Source: an uncultured Desulfurococcales archaeon (lineage in GTDB: Archaea > Thermoproteota > Thermoprotei_A > Sulfolobales > Acidilobaceae). Taken from it: DNA of 64,000 bases. The DNA is taken from positions 37,767-101,766 of the forward strand of contig CAYFGU010000002.1 in assembly GCA_964343115.1 (NCBI GenBank), in the 5' to 3' direction. Every line of letters begins with the position of its first letter. Position 1 is the stretch's first letter. Shown piece by piece: positions 9,542 through 17,857 of this stretch. Under the pieces are notes generated by a model that had not been told where the DNA came from, ran no database searches, and saw nothing but the letters and a program-made list of their open reading frames with translations. Made by a program: the position numbers and the translations under genes.

Positions 9542-10441
9542 TCAACAGCCCGGCACGTCGCATTTAAGCTCTGAAAGGTCTTTGGGCGTACCATATGTCA
9601 TGGCATAGACGTTCTGAGGGTGGATGCTTTCAAGGCTGAGGACCTCAGCCTTTATCATGGAGTTCTGAGGGAGCACTTCCTTAAACCTGCACCACAGCCT
9701 AGCCGTGGCCTCCCTGACAACGTCCTCAGCGAACTTCGGGTTCTGGAAAGCGCTTATGACGAGCCTGGCCTCCTGCTGCTTCTTAAGTAGCGTGAATGAT
9801 GGGGCCGATAAGGAGGACCACAAACACGTGGCTATGTCCTCGATCCTCATGACGACCAGTTTGGGAACCCTTATCGCGCCTCTTAGGAGTACCTTCTGCA
9901 CGTGGCTTGGAGAAGGCCCCTCCTGCCTAAGCATCTCCGAGACAGACTCCTGGGCGCTAGGACATACAGTCATGCCCCTTACCGTTACCGAGGTCGAGTA
10001 GGCCTTAGAGTATCGGGTGCCAGTAACAGATAGCCTGACGCCTACAGGCTCCAGCCCCTCAAGTCCAAATGCCCTGGCGGGCGCCCAATAGGTAGTCCTC
10101 AACGTAACGGTAGCCGACGCGCTGTAGGGGTGAAGGTCAAGGAGCTCGCTATGGAGCGCGTCAACGTATCCCTCGAGGCTCCAGGACTCTTCTGGTATCG
10201 CCTGCAGTAGGTTTATGGCATCAACATTACGGGATAAGTGGGCTCCCTTACGTTCCTCTGGTATGTCAACGAAAAGGTCAAGGGACACCGTCAGTTGAAG
10301 GTCCCCCAGCGGGGACCTTATAGTTACCCTCCTAGCTACGCCCCTGAAGCCGACCCTTTTGACAGGAAGCGGGTACTCAGGCGGTCTGTCCTGCAGCTCC
10401 ACCTGAGATCGCCTCCAAAACTCTGTCAAGGGATATTTCAA
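9542..10441 (-). CDS. mptA: GTP cyclohydrolase MptA (FolE2/MptA family)
   Basis: LQDRPPEYPLPVKRVGFRG and ERKGAHLSRN resemble the family motifs (DvQ..P / KGtHMSR). The TTG start overlaps pheT by 65 nt. An in-frame GTG (complement of 10400-10402) would reduce the overlap to 26 nt. Confidence 0.65.
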   Translation of the reverse strand: MKYPLTEFWRRSQVELQDRPPEYPLPVKRVGFRGVARRVTIRSPLGDLQLTVSLDLFVDIPEERKGAHLSRNVDAINLLQAIPEESWSLEGYVDALHSELLDLHPYSASATVTLRTTYWAPARAFGLEGLEPVGVRLSVTGTRYSKAYSTSVTVRGMTVCPSAQESVSEMLRQEGPSPSHVQKVLLRGAIRVPKLVVMRIEDIATCLWSSLSAPSFTLLKKQQEARLVISAFQNPKFAEDVVREATARLWCRFKEVLPQNSMIKAEVLSLESIHPQNVYAMTYGTPKDLSELKCDVPGC

Positions 10442-12068
10442 AGACTGCCACGGGGTAGTCTATGTTAAGGCGCTCGAGCACAACGGGCCTTACCTCCCCT
10501 ATAATGCCGACAGGCCTTCCATCGGCTAGTAGCTCTGCGGCCCTGCCCTCTAGAAGGAAGCGGGTTTCTGCAAGGGGGGTCGCAGAGGGCGACAGCCCCA
10601 ACGACCTGAGATAGGAGTAGGCTACGGCCTGTACGTCCTCGTAGCCTACCGCGTCGTCCATTAACCCAGCGCCCAGACGTCTTTCCTCTTCCACATCGTT
10701 GACCCGCCTTATGGCAACTTTTCCGATCTCGAATAGTCTCACGGGCTTCTTCTTCATTACGTTATAGGCCATAGCTGTCAGAAGCGAAGGGACCAACGAG
10801 GGCCTCAACGCATCTAGGTCTGCCTGCACAGGGTTCTTGACCCTTACCGCCTGGTCCGCGATGCCCATAACCTCCAGTAGGTTGTAGCTGGTCAGGAGGT
10901 AGCTAAGGAGCTCTGTAAAGCCAAGGCCTATCATCAGGTCGCGAGACCTTCTCGCTAACCTCGTCATCACGGTAAGAGACCCCGTGGGCATAACGGGAGG
11001 CTCGGCCGGGCTCAGCATAGGAGAGTCATAGCCAATGGCTATCGCTATGTCCTCTACGAGGTCTATAAGGCCTATAACGTCGACCCTGAAGGGTGGTACC
11101 AGGGCCACGAGCTCGCCCTCGCTGAGGGCCAGAGGGTCTACCGCGTGTCTCATTCTGAGGAGGGCTAGAGAGGCCTCGTCGATCGTGAGGTCGGTTCCAA
11201 GGACTCTGTTAACATAGTTCACGTTAACCTTCTGCCTGCGCGTGTCGAGGGAGGGGCTGACCTTGGTGGGTGAGTCGCGGCCCAGCAAGGTTACATAGCC
11301 GAGGCGAGCGCCTCTCCTCTCAACTAGGTTTAACACAAGCACGCCCAGGACCTGGTTCACAGCCTGCTCATCAGTCCCAGTAACGTCGATGAAGAGGTCC
11401 CTCGTTCCAGCCTCAACCTTTGTATTCTCTGAGTTAATAACTGGCGGCAACGATACGATCTTGCCTCCGCCGTCCAGGATCGCGGGGTGAAGGACGCGTC
11501 CGTCTTTCTCGACAAGAGAGAGACCCCCGTACTTAGCGCCCTGCTCGGTGATCCGTAGGGTCTCCCTCACAGTAACCTTTTTCCCGACCCCTAGCGGCTC
11601 CATAGTTGTATCAAGGTCAACCAACGTGTAAGTCAACTTCTCCCCCCTCACCTTAGAGAGATCGTGTAATCCTATTGCAACCTTACGGCGTCTCCTGCCG
11701 AGAGTCTCGTGAAGCTTCTCCTGAAACTGAATGAGCTCCTGCAAGAAGGGCTCGTCTACTTTAACGTCGTACACGACGGCGCCCGCTATTATGGGCCTTG
11801 ACTGTGGGAACTCGTTCAAAATTGAAATACCGGTGTCGACAAGGTTAGGCGGCGACCAGCCAAGCTCAACTGACATCAGGCCCCTCACGGCCCTCCCTAT
11901 GCCCTCAGCTGAGAACATGTCAGGGCGGTCAGGGTTTACCTCTACCTCGACGAAGCCCCCGGATTCCTCGGTTTCGCATTTCAACCTGAAGAGCGAGTCC
12001 CTGAGAACGTCTATCTCGAAGCCCGACACCTCAACAAGTCTCTCGGCGGAGAACCTGAGCTTAACCAC
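10377..12068 (-). CDS. pheT: Phenylalanyl-tRNA synthetase beta subunit (archaeal)
   Basis: 563 aa with B3/4 and B5-like blocks, lying 3 nt downstream of pheS. Confidence 0.9.
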   Translation of the reverse strand: MVKLRFSAERLVEVSGFEIDVLRDSLFRLKCETEESGGFVEVEVNPDRPDMFSAEGIGRAVRGLMSVELGWSPPNLVDTGISILNEFPQSRPIIAGAVVYDVKVDEPFLQELIQFQEKLHETLGRRRRKVAIGLHDLSKVRGEKLTYTLVDLDTTMEPLGVGKKVTVRETLRITEQGAKYGGLSLVEKDGRVLHPAILDGGGKIVSLPPVINSENTKVEAGTRDLFIDVTGTDEQAVNQVLGVLVLNLVERRGARLGYVTLLGRDSPTKVSPSLDTRRQKVNVNYVNRVLGTDLTIDEASLALLRMRHAVDPLALSEGELVALVPPFRVDVIGLIDLVEDIAIAIGYDSPMLSPAEPPVMPTGSLTVMTRLARRSRDLMIGLGFTELLSYLLTSYNLLEVMGIADQAVRVKNPVQADLDALRPSLVPSLLTAMAYNVMKKKPVRLFEIGKVAIRRVNDVEEERRLGAGLMDDAVGYEDVQAVAYSYLRSLGLSPSATPLAETRFLLEGRAAELLADGRPVGIIGEVRPVVLERLNIDYPVAVFEISLDRVLEAISGGAAGQTA

Positions 12069-12071
12069 GGC

Positions 12072-13529
12072 TCACACCCTAACCCTGAACGATGATAGGA
12101 ACTCGTAATCCCTCGAGTACAGATCTCTCACGTCACTCAGGCCGTACTTAGCTAAGGCCAGCCTCTCCACGCCCATCCCCCAAGCGCCGACAGGGTATTC
12201 AACGCCAGCAATCCTCAACACCTCAGGCCTGAAGAGGCCGGCGCCGAATACCTCAACGAGCACATCTCTTATCCTTGCGTACCCCTCAACGCTTGGTTCC
12301 GTAAACGGGAAATAGGCCGGCTTGAACTTGATCTCAAGGCCGAGCTTCCTGGAGAACTGCGTTAGGAATCCAAGAAGGTTCCTGAAGCTGTAGCCTGGCC
12401 AGCCCATTATGCCGTCAAGCTGATGGAAGTCGGAAAGGTGAGTCGCGTCAACGGGGTCGGCCCTGAACACCTTGTCTATGGTGAAGAACCTTATCGGCGG
12501 CTCGGGCTTGCTGTGGAGGACCCTAATCGAGACTGAGGTCGTCTGGCTCCTAAGTATTCTCCTTGCGGCTACGTCCTGGCTCCACCTATACCCCCACCCG
12601 TTCTCATGGACCTCCCTGACGACGTTAACGAGGGCGGAGAAGGAGGATAGGTCGGCAGGGGGTAGGTCGGGCCAGAGCGTGTCCTGTATCTCCCTGGCCG
12701 GATGGTCCTGTGGCTGGAAGAGCGCGTCGAAGTTGAAGAGCTCGAGCTCAACGAGGGGTCCCTCGACCTCGGTGAAGCCGAGCTCGACCATAACGTCCTT
12801 CAGCTCCTCTATGAACTCCGATAGGAGGTGCTTGCGGGCTGGTAGCACCTTGGGAGGCTCCGCGGTTACGTCATAGGGCCTTACCTGGACGCTCCTCCAG
12901 TCACCCCTTACCAAGATCTCATGGGTCAGCCTTGAGATTGAAGGGGAGGACTCCCTGACAGCCCTCAGGCCGCTCTCCGTGATTACGACTTTTACGGTCC
13001 TTCTCTTAGAAGTCTTTACGAGCCCTCTCGATATGAGCTGCCTCAGGGAGTCTGCGTCAGGCCTCTCTCCACGTGAGATAGCGGCGAGGGTCTCCCTGAG
13101 CCTTGAGGAGTTGACCCTTAGCGCCTCAGGGTTTAACAAAACGACCTTACCGGCCTCAACCCTGACGGCACCGAACCTAATTGCGAGACCTATGGCGGCA
13201 GGGTATGCCTGGCCGAGCTCCTCCTCTAGTCTCTCAGCCGGGGCAGCGCCCCCTGAACTAAGGAGCACGCTAACTAGCCTCTCCTCGGGGAGCCCCCTTT
13301 CAAGGGCCTCCCGCCCCTTCTCAGTTATTATCAGCTCCTCCTCCTCGCCGGCCTCCACCCTTACAAACCCTTTGGACTCTAGGAGCCTTGCCAGGCTGGA
13401 CACCGTGCTCTTAGGTAGGCCGATCTCCTTTTCGGACGAGTTAAGATCGAGCTCGCCACCCCTAAGGGATGCTATGGCCCTGAGCAGTCTGAGCTCGGAC
13501 GGGCTGAGCTGCCCCTCCTCGCCTACCAT
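12072..13529 (-). CDS. pheS: Phenylalanyl-tRNA synthetase alpha subunit
   Basis: Class II motifs: FQPQDHPAREIQDT (motif 1 region), FRADPVDATHLSDFHQLDG (motif 2), GMGVERL (motif 3). N-terminal wHTH repeats as in archaeal PheS. Confidence 0.9.
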   Translation of the reverse strand: MVGEEGQLSPSELRLLRAIASLRGGELDLNSSEKEIGLPKSTVSSLARLLESKGFVRVEAGEEEELIITEKGREALERGLPEERLVSVLLSSGGAAPAERLEEELGQAYPAAIGLAIRFGAVRVEAGKVVLLNPEALRVNSSRLRETLAAISRGERPDADSLRQLISRGLVKTSKRRTVKVVITESGLRAVRESSPSISRLTHEILVRGDWRSVQVRPYDVTAEPPKVLPARKHLLSEFIEELKDVMVELGFTEVEGPLVELELFNFDALFQPQDHPAREIQDTLWPDLPPADLSSFSALVNVVREVHENGWGYRWSQDVAARRILRSQTTSVSIRVLHSKPEPPIRFFTIDKVFRADPVDATHLSDFHQLDGIMGWPGYSFRNLLGFLTQFSRKLGLEIKFKPAYFPFTEPSVEGYARIRDVLVEVFGAGLFRPEVLRIAGVEYPVGAWGMGVERLALAKYGLSDVRDLYSRDYEFLSSFRVRV

Positions 13530-13623
13530 TGATCGTTCACAGCATCTGCGTAACCTAGGCTTAAAAAGAGCTCATCAGGCTCCTTGACGCACCTCGGCTT
13601 ATAAGAGCTGGCTAACCTCAGGG

Positions 13624-14562
13624 GTGTTAGGCGGGCGAAGATCTATCTTGAGGGCCGTGCTGAGGCTCGTCAAGGCAAACGTCGCGGAGGTTGGAGCAAA
13701 GGTTGTAGAGCCCCCGAAGGGCTTCATGTTGGTTCCCAAGGTCGGTGAGTTCAGGGTCAAGATCTACGAGTCCAGGCTTGACTACCTGTTGGCTCAGCCA
13801 GAGGGGTATAGCGACGTGCTTCCGTACAAGGGTCCTCTGAGGGTAGCGCCGGAGCCTTGGACCCCCTACTGCCAATGGCATAACGGCCCTCTCGACGAGG
13901 CCGACGACCCGACGAGGAGGCTTTACTGTACGGTTCAAGCAGAGGGTTTCTGCCCTAAGCACAAGAGGAGCGACAGGGCCATCTACACACTGTGCCTCGA
14001 CAGCAGGTCCTCGTCAGCTCTTGAGGCCTGTAAGAGGATCGACGAGAGCCTGAAGTCGGAGTACGTAGTTTACATGCTCGACTTCGGCGGCGACAAACCT
14101 AAAGTGGGCACAACGCGCAAGTTCAGGGTCCTTGAGAGGATAGCCGAGCAGCCTCACCTACTAGCAACGGTTCTGCTTGAGACCGACAGCCTTTACGAGG
14201 CGAGGAGGACTGAGATCGAGCTGTCGAAAAGGGGGATAGGCGTCGAGACCTGGCGTCACAAGTGGATTTTCGGGCATGACCTTTACTTCGCGGCCTTAAG
14301 GCTGTCCGAGGCAGCCCAGAGGGCCTCTAAGTATGTTGGTGTAGGTTGGAACGGTGATATGCTTATGGTGACTGCTGACGTCCCTTCAAGGCCCTCCATT
14401 GTAGACGCGAAAAATCTAGCAGGCAGACAGCTTGACATAATTGGCTTATGGGGAGGGTTCCTCTTGCTCGGCTCTCCTAGGGACCCCCTTGCCGTCAAGT
14501 ATTCGCCGCTGCTCCACAAGGACTCACTCCTGGTGGAGCGCGAGGAGCTAGGCCTTCACTGA
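13624..14562 (+). CDS. Hypothetical Cys/His-rich protein
   Basis: 312-aa ORF with a putative Zn motif C-x2-H-x17-C-x7-C-x2-H (PYCQWHNGPL...LYCTVQAEGFCPKHKRS). A TATA-like GCTTATAAGAG lies about 20-25 nt upstream. The family is not confidently recognised. Confidence 0.4.
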   Translation: MLGGRRSILRAVLRLVKANVAEVGAKVVEPPKGFMLVPKVGEFRVKIYESRLDYLLAQPEGYSDVLPYKGPLRVAPEPWTPYCQWHNGPLDEADDPTRRLYCTVQAEGFCPKHKRSDRAIYTLCLDSRSSSALEACKRIDESLKSEYVVYMLDFGGDKPKVGTTRKFRVLERIAEQPHLLATVLLETDSLYEARRTEIELSKRGIGVETWRHKWIFGHDLYFAALRLSEAAQRASKYVGVGWNGDMLMVTADVPSRPSIVDAKNLAGRQLDIIGLWGGFLLLGSPRDPLAVKYSPLLHKDSLLVEREELGLH

Positions 14563-15261
14563 TATCAGCGCCTCCAGCGCTGCGCTCGCAACCCCTAACA
14601 GGGAGGGTCTCAGCGCCTCGGCGTTTGCCCTGGTCCTATCACCTATCAGGTTACTTACCACTAACGCGCAGGCGGCTCTCAGGCCCCTCAGGTTCGCGAG
14701 AGAAAGGAGGCCGGCGCACTCCATCTCAACGACCTGGTATCCAAGGGACCTTAGCTTCTCAGCCGTTTGCGGGTCCTCGGCGTAGAACGAGTCGCTTGAA
14801 AAGGCTAGGGCAAGCCTGGCCCTGAGGCCATGTGCGCGAGCCCCCTCAAGAAGAAGAAGCGTCAGCTCGGGGTCAGGAGAGGGCGGGGGGCAGTGGCCGT
14901 AGGGGTAGTAGAGCGCTAGGCCGGCGCCTCCATATGTAGTGCCTGCGCCCTTAAGAACAACTACGTCGCCTACCTGTAGCTCGCCTGTCAGCGAGCCCGC
15001 GGTACCGACCCTAACGAAGACCCTAGCGCCTATTTGCCTGAGCTCCTCGGCCACTATGAGGGCGCTGGGACCCCCAATGCCATGCGACGCTATCCCTACT
15101 GGGACCCCCCTGAATTCACCCCGATAGACTAGGAACCCCCTCGACCTAGATATGAGCTCAGGGCCTGACAAAAGCCTCTCAGCGAACATCGAGGCCCTGT
15201 CCGGATCCCCGGTGATTAGGAACCTCTCGGGGGCTGACGCGGCCTCGATATGGAAAGGCAT
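14548..15261 (-). CDS. Nucleoside phosphorylase, PNP/UDP-1 family (purine/uridine/MTA phosphorylase)
   Basis: ITGDPDRA, SHGIGGPS, VRVGTAGS and EMECAGL blocks typical of the hexameric PNP/UDP family. Confidence 0.75.
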   Translation of the reverse strand: MPFHIEAASAPERFLITGDPDRASMFAERLLSGPELISRSRGFLVYRGEFRGVPVGIASHGIGGPSALIVAEELRQIGARVFVRVGTAGSLTGELQVGDVVVLKGAGTTYGGAGLALYYPYGHCPPPSPDPELTLLLLEGARAHGLRARLALAFSSDSFYAEDPQTAEKLRSLGYQVVEMECAGLLSLANLRGLRAACALVVSNLIGDRTRANAEALRPSLLGVASAALEALISVKA

Positions 15262-15267
15262 AGTTCA

Positions 15268-17178
15268 TCACATCCTGTTCAGAGTCGGTATTCCAAGAAC
15301 TTCCATGCCTAGCCTTAGGGACTCCTTCACAACATATGTGACTGCTGCCTTGAGTTCCCTTGCCCCAGCCTCAGGCTCGTGGATGACGCTGTCGACCTCG
15401 TACCACGCGTTGAAGTCGTCCGCCAATGATACCAGGTGACCAACAAGGTCCTCGGGCGCTAGGTCATCGGCGGCCTTAGCTACAACAAGAGGTGTCTTAA
15501 GGGCCTTTATCAGGAGTCTCCTCCTGGTCTCGTTGATGGAGCTTGGGTCAGCGGCCTCTAATTGCAGAGGACCATGCTTTTCCAGTATGTTGTTGGCCCT
15601 GACGAAGGTGTACTGGAGGTAAGGGCCACTGCTTTCCTTCAGGTTCAGAGCCCTCTCAACGTTGAAGACGAGGGGCTTTGAAGCCCTGGCCTGAACCATG
15701 GAGAACCTAACGGCGCCCACTGCTATTGCCTCGGCCACCTGCTCGACCCAGGCCTGGTCAGCACCGGGGTTCCTGGCCTTGACTTCATCAATTGCCCTAG
15801 ACTTAACGTAGTCTAGCACATCGTCTAGGGTCACGTACTCCCCCCTCCTGCCATGCATGCTGCCTGTGGGTAGCCTAACGACCTCGTAGTCGTAGTGTAA
15901 CATGTTTAATGCCTCCCTGCGATAACCGAGGCCTAAGAGCGCTAGCCTCAGCTGAAGCTGGGGCAGCTTCTGGTCGACGCCTATTACGTTTATTACCATG
16001 TCAGCCTTTGAGGACTCGAACTTATAGATGCTGTAGGCCATGTCCCTCGTTGTGTAAAGGGTTGACCCGTCGCTCCTGAGTAGTATGAGCGGAGGTATGT
16101 CGAGACCCTTTGGAACCTGGATCTTCGCTGAGGCCTCCTTGTCCGCTGTCAGCACGATTGATATTATGGCTGGCACGTCTATCGCGTCCGCCTCCTTGTA
16201 CCTCGTGAAGAACATGCTTCCCTTAGCCTTCTCGACAAGCCTCCTTACAGCTCCGCTCCACACCATGTCGCTCTCCCAGTCCCAGAAGTCGAAGTGGACG
16301 CCAAGCCTGTCGAGGGTCTGCCTGAAGCCCTCTAGGACGACCTCGACAAGCTCCCTTATCAGCCCCTTCTCAGGCTCAAGCCCCTGCTCGTACCTGGAGT
16401 TTATGGACGCTATCTCGGACTCCGGGTCCCCAAGGGCTAATATGGCGCCGTAGAGCCGCTCGAATAATCCCCCAGGGTCCTGTGACCTGAGCCTGGCGAG
16501 CGCGGTCGCCAGCTTGTTTGCCTCCTCAGGGTTGTTGGAGGCCTTAGCCTTGAGCGCGTCTATAGTTGTGCTCGTCACAGCGTAAATCCAGCCAACGAGC
16601 CTGTCAGGCTTCATTTCCAACCTCTTAACAAGGGACCTAGGCCTCTCCCCAAGGAGCTTAAAGCCCAGCGCGGCTATTGCGACCTGTCTCCCCATGTCAT
16701 CAATGTAAAACCTCCTGTGGACGGTGTGACCTCTTGCTGAGAGAAGCCTGGAGAGGGCGTCACCTATGCAGGCGTTCCTGGCGTGGCCTATGTGAAGGGG
16801 GTGTATAGGATTGGCGCTGGTGTGCTCAACTACTATGGTCCTGACTCTCGGCGGCCTAGGTATCTCAAGGGCTCCACCCTCTTTCAGCCAGCCGAGGGTG
16901 GCCTCGGCGAGCGGGACCGCGTCAAACCTAAGGTTTACGAACCCCCCAGTTTCCTTAAACTGGACGTAGTTAAGTCCCTGGCCTCCTTTCAGAACGGTCT
17001 CCAGCTTCTCGACAAGGGACTTAGGTTCCCTTGTGTACCTTATAGCAGGGAATGCGGCATCACCGTACTCCTCCTTGACCGACTCCATCAGGTGCCAAAA
17101 GGCCGTCGTCTCATCTACGCCGAGAATTTCAGATAGAGTACTCGCTGTTGTCTGGTAGGCCCTTGTTACTGGGTCCAA
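15268..17178 (-). CDS. argS: Arginyl-tRNA synthetase
   Basis: SANPIHPLHIGHARNACIGD (HIGH motif), 636 aa, C-terminal anticodon-binding (DALR-like) region. Confidence 0.9.
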   Translation of the reverse strand: MDPVTRAYQTTASTLSEILGVDETTAFWHLMESVKEEYGDAAFPAIRYTREPKSLVEKLETVLKGGQGLNYVQFKETGGFVNLRFDAVPLAEATLGWLKEGGALEIPRPPRVRTIVVEHTSANPIHPLHIGHARNACIGDALSRLLSARGHTVHRRFYIDDMGRQVAIAALGFKLLGERPRSLVKRLEMKPDRLVGWIYAVTSTTIDALKAKASNNPEEANKLATALARLRSQDPGGLFERLYGAILALGDPESEIASINSRYEQGLEPEKGLIRELVEVVLEGFRQTLDRLGVHFDFWDWESDMVWSGAVRRLVEKAKGSMFFTRYKEADAIDVPAIISIVLTADKEASAKIQVPKGLDIPPLILLRSDGSTLYTTRDMAYSIYKFESSKADMVINVIGVDQKLPQLQLRLALLGLGYRREALNMLHYDYEVVRLPTGSMHGRRGEYVTLDDVLDYVKSRAIDEVKARNPGADQAWVEQVAEAIAVGAVRFSMVQARASKPLVFNVERALNLKESSGPYLQYTFVRANNILEKHGPLQLEAADPSSINETRRRLLIKALKTPLVVAKAADDLAPEDLVGHLVSLADDFNAWYEVDSVIHEPEAGARELKAAVTYVVKESLRLGMEVLGIPTLNRM

Positions 17179-17227
17179 GGCTCTACCTTGATACCCATAG
17201 ATTCCTAGGAATTAAAATCGCTGACCG

Positions 17228-17857
17228 CTACTCAAGGACGTTCACGTCCCTGAGCCAGGCGCCTGGCTCAAAGAGGTCACCTTCCTCAGGTCTCAGCTCA
17301 TCGTCGAGTCTAAAGCAGATCTCCCTGAAGGGGCATCTGTTGCACCGTGGCCCCCTCTTTGCAGCGGGGACTATGCCGTGCCTCTTCACAAGTATTAGGT
17401 CGTCAATCGCCATAAGTAAGGTGGACGTGAGCCTTTCGTCCATCTTAAAGACCCTTGTGGCAGAGGGGTACCTTACCTCAATAGAGACCTCAGAAACCCC
17501 CCTCCCTCTGACCAGGACGAAGCCGTACGCTGAGGCCTGGAGCACGTCGCTTATCCATGCCCCCCTCCGAGGCGGCCTACCGCTCTTCCTCTCTATTACC
17601 TTAGCGACCCCGCCCTCAAGGGCTAGCGCGTCGGCTCTGCCTCTAAGTAAGACGCCGCTGCCGACCTCAATGTTGAGAGGTTCCTCCCTCCTCCGGCCCA
17701 GCAATTTGTCTGGCAGGAGGAATGCCATATGGAAGACCCTCCCAAGGGCGAGCCTGAGCCTTTCCCTGAAGCTCCTGGGCCTCCCTAGGTGGATCTCGAA
17801 GAAGCTTAGCCTGGGGCAGTACGCGTACGTGTGGATCTCGCTAGGGAATATTGTCAG
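17228..17857 (-). CDS. Cas4-like RecB-family (PD-(D/E)xK, 4Fe-4S) nuclease, stand-alone
   Basis: The track ORF 17228..17728 carries GRADALALEGG..VIERKSG (D..ExK) and a C-terminal CNRCPFREIC (C-x2-C-x5-C). The in-frame upstream codons read LTIFPSEIHTYAYCPRLSFF, which is the Cas4 N-terminal Cys motif. I therefore extended the 5' end to a CTG (complement of 17855-17857). The start is non-canonical; see findings. Confidence 0.6.
   Translation of the reverse strand: MTIFPSEIHTYAYCPRLSFFEIHLGRPRSFRERLRLALGRVFHMAFLLPDKLLGRRREEPLNIEVGSGVLLRGRADALALEGGVAKVIERKSGRPPRRGAWISDVLQASAYGFVLVRGRGVSEVSIEVRYPSATRVFKMDERLTSTLLMAIDDLILVKRHGIVPAAKRGPRCNRCPFREICFRLDDELRPEEGDLFEPGAWLRDVNVLE

Noticed and set aside
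12979-13587. 202-aa plus-strand ORF
   Set aside because: It is antisense to pheS and is serine/leucine-rich with no motif.
17228-17857. Cas4-like gene as a marker of a CRISPR-Cas locus
   Set aside because: I found no repeat-spacer array and no other cas genes anywhere in the 64 kb. Stand-alone Cas4-like nucleases are common in archaea.
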